Part shown: piece by piece, positions 1 to 10,231 of the stretch
How positions within the stretch are numbered: the stretch's first letter is position 1
Layout of the letters: the number at the start of each line of letters is the position of its first letter
Source of the DNA: a virus
Lineage: Duplodnaviria; Caudoviricetes
Length of the DNA: 64,000 nt
Reading direction: 5' to 3' (one strand)
Virus record (IMG/VR): IMGVR_UViG_3300022305_000326
Location: 36,741-100,740 of that record
Position numbers and translations under genes: made by a program
Notes under the pieces: model-generated
Told to the model about the DNA's origin: nothing
The model's input: only the letters and a program-made list of their open reading frames with translations
Database searches by the model: none

Positions 1-42
1 ATCAACGACCTCAACGTTCGAAGATTGATAAAGGGATAAATT

Positions 43-981
43 ATGAGTGATAATCATGTGTTGTATGTGGAAAGATATAGACCAAAAAAGATAGACGAAT
101 GTATTCTACCTATTCATCTTAAGGAAACATTCAAGGGATTCATTCAGAATAAGAACATTCCAAATCTTATTCTGAGTGGTTCTGCTGGTATCGGAAAGAC
201 TACGGTTGCAAGAGCATTGGCCGATGAACTGAATTATGATTTTCTTTTCATTAACGGTTCGAATGAAGGTAAGTTACTCGATACATTGCGTAATAAGATT
301 CAGCAGTTTACGTCGTCAAAATCATTGGTCAACAAGAGAAAGTTGGTTCTTATTGACGAAGGCGATCAAATGCCCGAAGCCGTGCAGACAGCATTGAGAG
401 CCTTCATCGAAAGTGTTTCTATGAATTGTAGCTTTATCATAACCTGTAACTATAGAAATAGAATCATTGCGCCATTGGCATCAAGATTTTCTGATGTTGA
501 ATTCACCTTACCTAAAAAGGAAACAGCCAGTTTACAAGCACAATATTTCAAGAGAATGAAGTCTATCCTAGATGAAAATTCAATTGAATATGATCCTACG
601 GTTCTGGCAAAGGTAGTTTCGAAGAACTTCCCGGATTTTAGAAAAACGTTAAACAATATTCAGAAATATTCATCCAGAGGAAAGATTGATGAAGGTATCT
701 TCTCGTCAATGGTTGATATGGATATGAAAAACATTATGGGTATGTTGAAATCCCGTAATTTCCGTGATACCAGACTTTGGGTATCATCGGTGACGGTTGA
801 AATGCCACAATTGGTCAGAGGTCTATACGATGCACTATATGAGTACGTACAACCAGCATCTATACCAGATGCCGTATTGATCCTCAATAAGTATCAATAT
901 CAACATGCATTCGTAGTCGATCCAGAGATTAATATCATGGCAATGATGACCGAATTGATGTCAGAATTGGAGTGGAAATAA
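43..981 (+). CDS. 44: Clamp loader large subunit (T4 gp44-like, RFC family AAA+)
   Basis: ERYRP N-terminus, Walker A GSAGIGKT, Walker B IDEGD, SRF motif; position before gp62 and regA. Confidence 0.95.
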   Translation: MSDNHVLYVERYRPKKIDECILPIHLKETFKGFIQNKNIPNLILSGSAGIGKTTVARALADELNYDFLFINGSNEGKLLDTLRNKIQQFTSSKSLVNKRKLVLIDEGDQMPEAVQTALRAFIESVSMNCSFIITCNYRNRIIAPLASRFSDVEFTLPKKETASLQAQYFKRMKSILDENSIEYDPTVLAKVVSKNFPDFRKTLNNIQKYSSRGKIDEGIFSSMVDMDMKNIMGMLKSRNFRDTRLWVSSVTVEMPQLVRGLYDALYEYVQPASIPDAVLILNKYQYQHAFVVDPEINIMAMMTELMSELEWK

Positions 982-1367
982 TGGAACTTAAAGATTTCAT
1001 GAACTCCATAAATTTTGACAAAACTAACGTGATACGAAATGCAAGCGCACCAGAAGCAGCAGAAAAAATGTATCCGGCATTTGTTGTTAATAGAGGACTT
1101 TCATACTTTCCAGAGTGTATTTTCTACGTTAACGAAATCAATCTCTTAAATACAGTGGATAGACTTCAACATTATGAATATCTTTTACATGCAATACCAA
1201 AGGGAAAGCGATTTTCTCGTTGGGGAAAGGCTGAAAAAGATGATGAAATTATAGGTTGTATTATGAAAAAATACAATTATTCAAGAATTCGAGCAAAGGA
1301 AGTCTTGCCGATACTGTCGGATAATGATGTTGAAACTCTAATTAATTCATATAAAACAACTAATTAG
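981..1367 (+). CDS. 62: Clamp loader small subunit (T4 gp62-like)
   Basis: YPAFVVNRGLSYF...KRFSRW pattern; synteny 44-62-regA; start moved to the ATG at 981. Confidence 0.9.
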   Translation: MELKDFMNSINFDKTNVIRNASAPEAAEKMYPAFVVNRGLSYFPECIFYVNEINLLNTVDRLQHYEYLLHAIPKGKRFSRWGKAEKDDEIIGCIMKKYNYSRIRAKEVLPILSDNDVETLINSYKTTN

Positions 1368-1376
1368 GAGATTCAA

Positions 1377-1811
1377 ATGTATAATGTGTTTTTGGGAGAG
1401 CTGAGTAGAGAACAAATTCTAACTCAGATGATAGAAGTCAGATTAACAAGACCTGATTCTTTCCTTATTATAAAAGAGACGTTGACGAGAATGGGAATCC
1501 CTAGCACTAATGGGAATAAACTGTTTCAGTCATGCCACATCTTTCATAAGAAGGGCAGATTTTATATCGTCCATTTTAAAGAAATGTTAGCGATGGATGG
1601 ACTCAATGTCACAATGTCATCTGAGGATTTAGCAAGACGTAACGCAATTGCGCTCCAACTTGAAGAATGGAGATTGATCACAATTGTTGATCATGGTAAC
1701 ATTTCTCATGGGGAAATCGATTTGTTCATCCTGCCACATGAAAATAAAAAGGATTGGGCACTGATACCGAAATACTCAATGGGTAAGAAAATTGTTAGAG
1801 GAGATAGTTGA
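1377..1811 (+). CDS. regA: Translational repressor RegA
   Basis: FLIIKETLTRMGI...LFQSCHIFHKKGRFYIVHFKE signature. Confidence 0.95.
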   Translation: MYNVFLGELSREQILTQMIEVRLTRPDSFLIIKETLTRMGIPSTNGNKLFQSCHIFHKKGRFYIVHFKEMLAMDGLNVTMSSEDLARRNAIALQLEEWRLITIVDHGNISHGEIDLFILPHENKKDWALIPKYSMGKKIVRGDS

Positions 1812-2143
1812 TGAGTGAAGTTGAAGATACTAAAGAAGTAGCAGCGATAAGACTTAATACCGGAGAAGTCTTAGTTGGATATATGGAAGACATGAGTCCG
1901 GGTGTTATGATTATGCGAGACTTAATGAGTATAGAGGCAAGGCCCGGTGCTGGTGGTCAGATGTCGTTAGGGCTTGGTCCATTCATCCCGTTCTGTGCAG
2001 ATTCAACATTTTCAATTTTGACGAATTCTGTGCAGATGATGTTTACGCTTGACGCATCTATTGTTGAGAATTATAAGTCGATTATAAAAAGACTCAAGAC
2101 TGGTTTGATTGTACCGGAAGAAAAGAAGATAATTTTGGGGTAA
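1808..2143 (+). CDS. Conserved hypothetical protein (probable Sm-like beta fold)
   Basis: IRLNTGEVLVG start and GLIVP tail, typical of the small ORF between regA and gp43 in T4-like phages. Confidence 0.6.
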   Translation: MMSEVEDTKEVAAIRLNTGEVLVGYMEDMSPGVMIMRDLMSIEARPGAGGQMSLGLGPFIPFCADSTFSILTNSVQMMFTLDASIVENYKSIIKRLKTGLIVPEEKKIILG

Positions 2144-2145
2144 GA

Positions 2146-4725
2146 ATGATATATTCTAATTTTGTGTTGATGGGTGACACCTTTCTTGTCAGAGGCTATG
2201 ATGATAAAGGTAAGCCATTCAAGAAGCGTGAGAAGCCGTTAGTTTCAGTTTTCATGAAAGACTCTGATATTCCACCATCAGAGTTTACTGATATGTTTGG
2301 TGACGAACTGTCAGAAATAACATTCTCAAGTGTGTGGGAAGCTAAGAAGTTCATCAAAGAAGCGGAACAGCCACTCTACTACAACCATCGTTTTCCATAT
2401 GAGTTGATTAATAGAATGTTTCCGGGTAAGGTCGAAGTCGATATCAGTAAACTGAAAATATGCAATATCGACATCGAATGTGAATCTGAAAACGGATTCC
2501 CTATTCCAGAGGAAGCAGCAGAAGTTGTCAATGCAATTACGTTTGCTGTAAATGATACTTATCATGTGTTTGGTCTAACCGAGACGTTCGACACTTCAGC
2601 TATTATTCTTACCAATGGTGAAGATATCAAATATCATTCATCGGTTACAGAAGAAGAGCTATTGAAGAATTTCGTTACGGTATGGCAGGATAATTATCCA
2701 GATATCGTGACTGGATGGAACTGCGAATTCTTCGATTTTCCATATCTGGCTAATCGTATCAATAACATATTAGGTGAAGATTGGTTATTCAAACTTTCTC
2801 CTTGGAAGAAAGTTGAAATCCAGATGAAGAAGAATGATTTCGGTCAGGAAGTCCAATCTGTTAGTATATCTGGAATTGCTATTCTGGATTATATTGCTCT
2901 GTACAAGAAATTTAGACTTAAACGCCGCGACAGCTATAGACTTAGTAATATTGCAGAAGTTGAAGGTATCGAACAGCAGAAGATGACATACGATGAACAC
3001 AAGACTCTCAAGGACTTGTACCGTAATGACTATCAGAAGTATTTGAGATATAACATGCAGGACGTTAGAACTGTCAAATATCTCGATAAGAAACTGAACT
3101 ATATTCTACTGTCTGTCACGTTGGCATATCAGGCTAAGGTCAATTTCGATGACGTTCTTTCACAGGTAAGAATGTGGGAATGCATCATCATGAACGAACT
3201 TTATGATATGAAAATGATTCCTGAGATTAAGCCACGAGGGATAAAAACCGATAAACTAGTTGGGGCATATGTCAAGGATGCAGAACCGGGATCAGATCAT
3301 TGGTTAGTTTCACTCGACTTGAACAGTCTGTATCCTTCGCTTATCAGAATGTTAAACGTATCACCAGATACCATTCTACAATCCTCACCGAAGGGTACAG
3401 TGGACAAAGATAAGTTGAACAGTATTATCGATGAGTTTATCAATAATAGAAAACCTATCCATGACGGTATCCATATTCAAGCATTTAATAAGTCTAAGTT
3501 CCGCAAGGATAAACAGGGCATCATTCCATATCTTGTAACTAAGATGTATCAGGATAGAAAGAAATATAAGAACCTGATGCTTAAAAAGAAGAAGGAATTA
3601 CAGGATGCTGAAAAGGTAGGTGATTCAGTTTTGATCGCCAATCTGACGAATGAAGTTGCGAAGTTTAGTACGATGCAGGAATCGTTGAAGGTATGTTTGA
3701 ACTCAGTTTACGGTGCAACTGGTAATCAATATTTCATGTTTTTCGATGCAAGATCAGCCGAAGCGGTTACAACGACAGGTCAGGCAGCAATCAAATGGAT
3801 TTCTGTTAGATTGAACGAATACATGAATAAATTACTGAAGACAGCGGATATCGATTACGTGAAGTATATTGACACCGATTCTGTCACATTGAAAATGTAT
3901 CCACTGGTCAAGCACGTCTATGGTGATAACGTTCCAGAAGATGCCAATGTCATTGCCGACTTTCTATTGAAGGTTTTCGATACTAAAATTCTTCCGTTTA
4001 TCGATAAGATGTATGATGAATTTAAGCAGCACATCAATGCTGACGAAAACCATCTATCATTGAAGATCGACACAATTACCAGAAAGGCATTATACCTAAC
4101 CAAGAAGCGATACATCTACGAGGTTATTGATGCTGAAGGTATTAGACATGATCCACCAGAAATGAAAATCATGGGTTTGCAGGCTATCAAATCATCGACC
4201 CCAGCAGCTTCTAGAGTCAAATTGAAAGAAGGTATCATGAAAATTTTCCATGGTACTGAGAGCGAATGTAGGAAGTTTTCTACAGAGTTCAAAAAGGAAC
4301 ATGACAGCCTTCCAGTCGAAGATATTGCAGCACCGTCAGGGATCAGTAATATCACAAAATATGAAGATAGAACAACCGTATATAGAAAAGGTACACCAGC
4401 ACACGTTAAAGCGGCTCTAGTCTATAACAAGGCAATTGATGATTTGGGTCTTGGGTCGAAATATAGAAAGATCATGGGTGGTGACAAGATCAAATATGTG
4501 CTGTTGAGGATGCCGAATCCATTACATCAGGAAGCTATTGCATTTGTCGACTACATGCCAACAGAAATTATGGAAGCATATAACCTGAACAAATATATCG
4601 ACCGAAAGGAATTATTTGAAAAGAACTTCCTTTCACCATACAATGACATGGTAGAAGGTGCGGGATTCAAAACTGGTACCAGAGGTAGTTTGGCTATATT
4701 ATTTGCTAAAAGAGAAACTAAATGA
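2146..4725 (+). CDS. 43: Family B DNA polymerase (T4 gp43-like)
   Basis: Exo DIE motif, DLNSLYPS, KVCLNSVYG, YIDTDS; uninterrupted. Confidence 0.97.
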   Translation: MIYSNFVLMGDTFLVRGYDDKGKPFKKREKPLVSVFMKDSDIPPSEFTDMFGDELSEITFSSVWEAKKFIKEAEQPLYYNHRFPYELINRMFPGKVEVDISKLKICNIDIECESENGFPIPEEAAEVVNAITFAVNDTYHVFGLTETFDTSAIILTNGEDIKYHSSVTEEELLKNFVTVWQDNYPDIVTGWNCEFFDFPYLANRINNILGEDWLFKLSPWKKVEIQMKKNDFGQEVQSVSISGIAILDYIALYKKFRLKRRDSYRLSNIAEVEGIEQQKMTYDEHKTLKDLYRNDYQKYLRYNMQDVRTVKYLDKKLNYILLSVTLAYQAKVNFDDVLSQVRMWECIIMNELYDMKMIPEIKPRGIKTDKLVGAYVKDAEPGSDHWLVSLDLNSLYPSLIRMLNVSPDTILQSSPKGTVDKDKLNSIIDEFINNRKPIHDGIHIQAFNKSKFRKDKQGIIPYLVTKMYQDRKKYKNLMLKKKKELQDAEKVGDSVLIANLTNEVAKFSTMQESLKVCLNSVYGATGNQYFMFFDARSAEAVTTTGQAAIKWISVRLNEYMNKLLKTADIDYVKYIDTDSVTLKMYPLVKHVYGDNVPEDANVIADFLLKVFDTKILPFIDKMYDEFKQHINADENHLSLKIDTITRKALYLTKKRYIYEVIDAEGIRHDPPEMKIMGLQAIKSSTPAASRVKLKEGIMKIFHGTESECRKFSTEFKKEHDSLPVEDIAAPSGISNITKYEDRTTVYRKGTPAHVKAALVYNKAIDDLGLGSKYRKIMGGDKIKYVLLRMPNPLHQEAIAFVDYMPTEIMEAYNLNKYIDRKELFEKNFLSPYNDMVEGAGFKTGTRGSLAILFAKRETK

Positions 4726-5813
4726 ATACAAAATTGTTAGACAGATTGATTAAAAATACCAAAATCAAGGGTGCGGATACCATGAATGATTCCGCATTCT
4801 TCTTACCACCAGAGGAAGTATCAACACCAGTCTATGCACTCAATATTGCATTGAGTGGGTCTTTATATGGTGGATATGATTATGGTGTGTATGGTTGGGC
4901 AGGCGAATCGAAGTCATTTAAGACTATGTTCGGCTTGATTATGATGAAATGCTACTTGGATAAGTATCCAAACGCAGTTGCTATATTCTACGATACAGAG
5001 TTTGGCGCATCACTTGAATATTTCAAGAACGTTGGAATTGACGTTAAACGTGTAGTTCATATCCCGATCATGAACCTAGAAGAACTCAAATTCGATATGG
5101 TCGGACAACTTGATGCTTTGGAGCATGGTGATAAGGTATTCTTCTTCATCGATTCCATCGGAAACATTGCGTCTAAGAAAGAACTTGAAGATGCCAAGGA
5201 AGGTAAGGGTACTCAGGACATGAGCCGTGCCAAGCAATTAAAATCTTTCTGGAGAATGGTAACCCCATACATCAAGACCAAGAAATTACCATGTTGGGCA
5301 ATTCACCACATTTACATGGAACAGGGGTCAATGTACCCAAAGGCCGTCGTTAGTGGCGGTACAGGTGGCATCTATTCAAGTGACGGTATCTATATGGTCA
5401 CTAAGTCTCAGAATAAGGATGGTAAAGATTTACTCGGTTATAACTTTACGATTGTCATTAACAAATCTCGTAAGGTCATTGAACAATCTAAGATTCCGAT
5501 TACAGTGAATTTTGGTGATAGTATCAATCCTTATACTGGCCTGTTCGATCTAGCTATGGAAAGCGGTCATATTATCGCACCTAAGCAGGGATATTACACT
5601 AGAGTTATTGTCGATAAGACTACGGGTGAAGTGAAGCCAGATAAGAATTGGCGCAGAGCAGACGCAGAAACGTCTAAAGAGTTTTGGAATCCGGTCCTCA
5701 ATGAGAGTGATTTCCCTGAATGGGTCAAGACAAACTTCCAGCTAGCAAATAGTCAGTTGTTTAATGATGAAGATGAATTTGCGAAGATCGTGGGTGATGA
5801 TGATGTGGAATAA
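4722..5813 (+). CDS. uvsX: RecA-like recombinase UvsX
   Basis: LNIALSG, GESKSFKT P-loop, FYDTEFG, IDSIGN, SGGTG. Confidence 0.95.
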   Translation: MNTKLLDRLIKNTKIKGADTMNDSAFFLPPEEVSTPVYALNIALSGSLYGGYDYGVYGWAGESKSFKTMFGLIMMKCYLDKYPNAVAIFYDTEFGASLEYFKNVGIDVKRVVHIPIMNLEELKFDMVGQLDALEHGDKVFFFIDSIGNIASKKELEDAKEGKGTQDMSRAKQLKSFWRMVTPYIKTKKLPCWAIHHIYMEQGSMYPKAVVSGGTGGIYSSDGIYMVTKSQNKDGKDLLGYNFTIVINKSRKVIEQSKIPITVNFGDSINPYTGLFDLAMESGHIIAPKQGYYTRVIVDKTTGEVKPDKNWRRADAETSKEFWNPVLNESDFPEWVKTNFQLANSQLFNDEDEFAKIVGDDDVE

Positions 5814-6204
5814 GATAAAATCTTGGTTCAAAAATGACGATTCTTATAGAATCGTCATTTTGTCTGACATTCAGTTAGAATCATCTAAATTAGACGAACG
5901 ACAGAGTGAAGAATTACAATCAATCGGGTTCGAAATTACTGGCGGTAAATTCAAAGGCGTAACTGCAAGATTACGTTCGGTTATACAACGCCCCGTCCCG
6001 GATCAACCAGATGATGACCGTAGATTATATTTGATATTCGATTATGTCGTTATCGGAATACCGAAGAAATGTAATTACACGTTAGATGATATCAATGATG
6101 AGAACACCAGTATTGGTTTAGCCTTCACTGATATTGCCAGACCAATGTTTGAAAATTTCATGCAACAAGTAGTATCACATTATAATGAGACGCCAAATGA
6201 CTAA
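5764..6204 (+). CDS. Hypothetical protein at the gp40 position; paralog of the next ORF
   Basis: Between uvsX and gp41; real start probably 5797-5803; KFKGV...FDYVVIGIP pattern shared with the next ORF. Confidence 0.5.
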   Translation: MMKMNLRRSWVMMMWNKIKSWFKNDDSYRIVILSDIQLESSKLDERQSEELQSIGFEITGGKFKGVTARLRSVIQRPVPDQPDDDRRLYLIFDYVVIGIPKKCNYTLDDINDENTSIGLAFTDIARPMFENFMQQVVSHYNETPND

Positions 6205-6484
6205 TAAAACTGAATTAACGATTTTAGATGATACCAGTAAATTTAATGGTGTAAAATTACTGCTGTGGAATTTTGGTATAGATGATGAAGCTTCATTATT
6301 AACATATCAATATGAGGTGTTATCTATTCCTGATGGGGTAGAATACACGAAATATTCGTTGGAAAATATTGAAGAACCAGCTACACTAGAGTTCCAGCAA
6401 ACCATAGGGAATATAATCCTATCAGCATTGGAAAATGAAATGTTGAATCGCGGATTGGATATGGATTTATTAGATAGAGAGTGA
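6185..6484 (+). CDS. Hypothetical protein at the gp40 position
   Basis: KFNGV...YQYEVLSIP pattern; probable start 6197. Confidence 0.5.
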   Translation: MRRQMTNKTELTILDDTSKFNGVKLLLWNFGIDDEASLLTYQYEVLSIPDGVEYTKYSLENIEEPATLEFQQTIGNIILSALENEMLNRGLDMDLLDRE

Positions 6485-6485
6485 A

Positions 6486-8027
6486 ATGACAAACACAGAA
6501 TTGATGATGTTCAGAGGTATTTTGCAGAATGAGGACTATTATCGTAGAGTAATGCCTCATCTGAAAGTCGAATACTTCCAGAACAATGATACCTTGAAAG
6601 TTTTATTTGAAATAGTAGCGGAATATTCATCGAAGTACAATACCGTGCCTAGCAGAATGGCAATTGATACCATGATGGAGAATCGTGCTGGTATTAGAGA
6701 ATCGACAGAAAAATCATTAGCATCTGAATTGGATGTCATCTATTCTGAATCATTTAACGAAGATTTGAATTATGCGGTTGATAGTGCAGAGAAATTCTGT
6801 CAAGAAACCGCAGTATTCAACGCTATTCAAGAGTCTATCCAGATTCTTGATGGTGAATCTAAGAAACTGACAAAGAATGCTATTCCGCAGTTGTTGCAAC
6901 AGGCTTTGAGTGTAGTATTCAATACTTCGGTTGGTCACGATTATTTCGAAGATGCAGCCCTTCGATTTGATTCGTATCACGATGATGTTGAGCGTATTCC
7001 GTTTTCGATATCGCTACTTAATAAAATTACAAAGCGTGGGTTACCTAAAAAGACGATGGCATGTATCATCGCCCCTACAGGTGTCGGTAAATCCACCATC
7101 ATGTGCGATTTTGCAACGGACAATATCCGAAAGGGTAAGAACGTACTATACATCACGCTTGAAATGTCAGAAGAACGTATTTCTGAACGTATTGATGCTA
7201 ATCTGTTGGATATTGACTTAGACCAATTAGCTAATATGTCTAAGGAAAGATATCTCCGTAAAATCACGGCAGCAAGAGAAAAATGTCCGGGTAAACTGAT
7301 CGTCAAGGAATACCCAACTGGCGAAGCTGGCGCAAATCATTTCAGATATCTTCTACAAGAATTGAAGACTAAAAAGAATTTCGTTCCTGACGTAATCTAT
7401 ATCGACTATCTTAACCTATGTTCTTCAACCAAGATCAAGGGTCGTGAAAATACTTACGTTTTGATCAAGGGTATCGCAGAAGAACTTAGAGCATTGGCAG
7501 TTGAGCAAAATGTACTTATTATCACAGCGTCACAGACCAACCGTAATGGTCAGGGGGCATCAGATTATGATCTTAGCGACGTATCGGAATCACATGGTCT
7601 TGCTATGACCTGTGACTTTATTTTGGCTGTTATTTCGACGGATGAATTAGAAAAAAGTAAGCGATTACGATTCAAGCAGTTCAAGAATCGGTTCGGGTCT
7701 GTATCGGATATTCCGTCATTCCTAGTCGGTATAGATAGAGCTAGAATGAAATTGTATGATATCGATAACCAGTTTGCATCCGAAGGCCCACCGAAAGCTG
7801 CCGTTTCTTATTCGACACCAGTACCAGTCCAACCAGAACGCAAGGTCGAAAATTTCTTCTCGACTGGAAAGAAGGATAAGAGTAAAGCCAAAAAACCGTT
7901 GATGGTTGATGAGGATAGTGACTTCACAGGGGTAATTGATATCATGAATATAAAACCAGTTATAAAACCGGGATATGAAAATCCGTTAGAAGTTTCGGAT
8001 GATGATGTCCCACCATGGGATATTTAA
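6486..8027 (+). CDS. 41: Replicative DnaB-family helicase (T4 gp41-like) with a long C-terminal extension
   Basis: APTGVGKS, YITLEMSE, IYIDYLN, ASQTNR, KNRFG. Confidence 0.95.
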   Translation: MTNTELMMFRGILQNEDYYRRVMPHLKVEYFQNNDTLKVLFEIVAEYSSKYNTVPSRMAIDTMMENRAGIRESTEKSLASELDVIYSESFNEDLNYAVDSAEKFCQETAVFNAIQESIQILDGESKKLTKNAIPQLLQQALSVVFNTSVGHDYFEDAALRFDSYHDDVERIPFSISLLNKITKRGLPKKTMACIIAPTGVGKSTIMCDFATDNIRKGKNVLYITLEMSEERISERIDANLLDIDLDQLANMSKERYLRKITAAREKCPGKLIVKEYPTGEAGANHFRYLLQELKTKKNFVPDVIYIDYLNLCSSTKIKGRENTYVLIKGIAEELRALAVEQNVLIITASQTNRNGQGASDYDLSDVSESHGLAMTCDFILAVISTDELEKSKRLRFKQFKNRFGSVSDIPSFLVGIDRARMKLYDIDNQFASEGPPKAAVSYSTPVPVQPERKVENFFSTGKKDKSKAKKPLMVDEDSDFTGVIDIMNIKPVIKPGYENPLEVSDDDVPPWDI

Positions 8028-8071
8028 TAGATAAATAGAAATTACAATCGACTCAACTATTTGGATAACAT

Positions 8072-8596
8072 ATGACACTTCTAGAAAAATTATCTATGAC
8101 AAGAGATATTAATGACATTCCGTTTGATCGCGCACTAGAGAATGCGCTGGTCAAGATGGGATTAAAAAATCCAGCCAAAGATTCTGATATCTCTCATGAC
8201 TCTGGTAAAGATGAAACCTCAATGTCTACTATGACACCTACATCCCCAAAGGTTGATGTTGCAGAACCAGACAACGATGATGACGAAAATCATCCTGATA
8301 AGTCGGAAAAGAAGACTTGGGAATATGGATATCCAAGAGGTGAGGGATATCATTCGTATCCTACATCAACAGGCTACACTTATTCTGGACCACTAAAACT
8401 CGCATTAGCCATTGATGAAGCCTCCCCACTGGATATTATGATGGCCATCCATAAGGAAGTTATTCTCGAAAAGAATGACAAGGTTGCATCCTTTATCGTA
8501 GTCACAAAAACTGGTCAGAAGTATAACGCTCATACATACGAAGAAGCAGTTAAACTGAAGGCTCAGTACGGCGGCAAAATTGAAAGAGGATTGTAA
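8072..8596 (+). CDS. Hypothetical protein, possibly late/virion-internal
   Basis: ORF after an ATAAATA late-promoter-like motif at ~8031; low-complexity acidic middle. Confidence 0.5.
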   Translation: MTLLEKLSMTRDINDIPFDRALENALVKMGLKNPAKDSDISHDSGKDETSMSTMTPTSPKVDVAEPDNDDDENHPDKSEKKTWEYGYPRGEGYHSYPTSTGYTYSGPLKLALAIDEASPLDIMMAIHKEVILEKNDKVASFIVVTKTGQKYNAHTYEEAVKLKAQYGGKIERGL

Positions 8597-9576
8597 TGTC
8601 ATTTGTTACCCATAATTGGTTCGATCCTGAACTGGAACTTACCAAAAAAATAAAAAGCAATATTTTCAATATTGCTAGAAATGATCATGAAAATGGTCAT
8701 GAAGATGAAGATAATGATGATATCCCGGCATCATTTGCCGGGATAGGTCAGCATTCTGTTGATTCTGGATTATCTGAAGATTCCGAGCAGTTTCTACAAC
8801 CAGATGTACATCTTACACAAGAACATCGCATCAAAGCAAAACATTTACATGATAGTTTGAAGCATCATTATCATATAATGAACGGTTCAGATGTGATGGA
8901 ACATCATCTGGAAAATACACCATCTGACGAATATGATTCGCATGTTGAATCATTACCTCATCATGATAAACCAGCAGATGATACAACTAAATTTAAACAT
9001 GCGGCAGCAGTTGGTCAATACACACTGAGTTCAACAGCTTTAAATAAATCTCTGTTGAAAAGACATTCTGACATGGTCGAGTCCGGAAAAACGAATTCTC
9101 ATACGTCTAATGCCATAAAGGGAATTGATCATCCATCAATTAAGTCGTATATTCACAATATCAGTGCCTTAGATAATTTGACCAGAGATCATATTAAAAC
9201 GCCACATGAATTGGACCTATTCACTGGTATTCATACTGATCCTAGTAAAATTACAAATAAATATGGTAAGGTACATTTACCTGCATACACATCATCGACA
9301 ACTAACTATGACACTGGTAAATTTTTCGCAAAGCTTAAATCTGGTGCTGGAGATTCACCGAAATCTGGAATAGTGAGTCATGTACTTCGTATTAAATATC
9401 CAAAAGATTCAAATGGTGCATACATTGCACATCATTCCAATCACACGTCAGAGCATGAATTTCTCTTACCAAGAGGGTTGACTTTGAAAATCCATAAGAA
9501 TCCAACAAAAATGATCGACAAATACGGGTCGGAGATTCATATCCATGACGCAGAACCAGTTAAGGGACACAAATAA
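8596..9576 (+). CDS. His-rich ADP-ribosyltransferase (Alt/VIP2-like R-S-E clade)
   Basis: YTxSSxxLNxxL, YTSSTT (STS), VLRI, SEHEFLLPRG (ExE); LFTG where YRG is expected. Confidence 0.8.
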   Translation: MSFVTHNWFDPELELTKKIKSNIFNIARNDHENGHEDEDNDDIPASFAGIGQHSVDSGLSEDSEQFLQPDVHLTQEHRIKAKHLHDSLKHHYHIMNGSDVMEHHLENTPSDEYDSHVESLPHHDKPADDTTKFKHAAAVGQYTLSSTALNKSLLKRHSDMVESGKTNSHTSNAIKGIDHPSIKSYIHNISALDNLTRDHIKTPHELDLFTGIHTDPSKITNKYGKVHLPAYTSSTTNYDTGKFFAKLKSGAGDSPKSGIVSHVLRIKYPKDSNGAYIAHHSNHTSEHEFLLPRGLTLKIHKNPTKMIDKYGSEIHIHDAEPVKGHK

Positions 9577-9842
9577 TGTCATTTACAAATAATAATTTTG
9601 ATATGCGTGACCCGTTAGTTAAACTGGTCATGTCATTCTTGTCTGAACAGAGTGGTATCCCTGACGACAGCGATATGGAGACTGGTGAGGTAGAACAGCA
9701 GCCGACAGCAGCAGAGTTCAAGAAAGGTACTCAGCCCGAAAATGAACTCACTGACACCATTCAAATAAATCCTGATATGTCATCAACTACACAGTCTCCA
9801 GATAGTCAAGACAACTCATATACCTACAACGCCCAACAGTAA
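9576..9842 (+). CDS. Hypothetical protein
   Basis: Translationally coupled ORF (TAATG overlap). Confidence 0.5.
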   Translation: MSFTNNNFDMRDPLVKLVMSFLSEQSGIPDDSDMETGEVEQQPTAAEFKKGTQPENELTDTIQINPDMSSTTQSPDSQDNSYTYNAQQ

Positions 9843-9844
9843 TT

Positions 9845-10231
9845 ATGACATTTAATGCGATTCAGTATTCCTTCCAGTTATGGGTGACGGAAGGAAATTC
9901 ACCACTAAAATTCAGAGAATTCAAAGATGAATATAGTAAATTCATCTTCATAGGAAGGATACTGAAATCATATAAGTTGAAAAATAACCTAAACATAAGA
10001 TTATTACTGAATCACATTATAATCCTTTATAATATTTTCGGTGAAAAGATAACACCTCTATTCTTCCTCACCACTGATGAAAGTGTATGGCCAGAAATCC
10101 ATGCAATCCTTCAATACCTAAATCGTGTTCCGATCCCACCAACTATAGTGATAAGTGAATATTCTATAGTCATTGATCTGAACGAATACCCTGCTAATGT
10201 GGACGTTATTAAACTACTTGAGACGTTATGA
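9845..10231 (+). CDS. Conserved T4-like phage hypothetical protein
   Basis: RLLLNHIIILYNIFG motif, recalled from T4-like phages. Confidence 0.6.
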   Translation: MTFNAIQYSFQLWVTEGNSPLKFREFKDEYSKFIFIGRILKSYKLKNNLNIRLLLNHIIILYNIFGEKITPLFFLTTDESVWPEIHAILQYLNRVPIPPTIVISEYSIVIDLNEYPANVDVIKLLETL

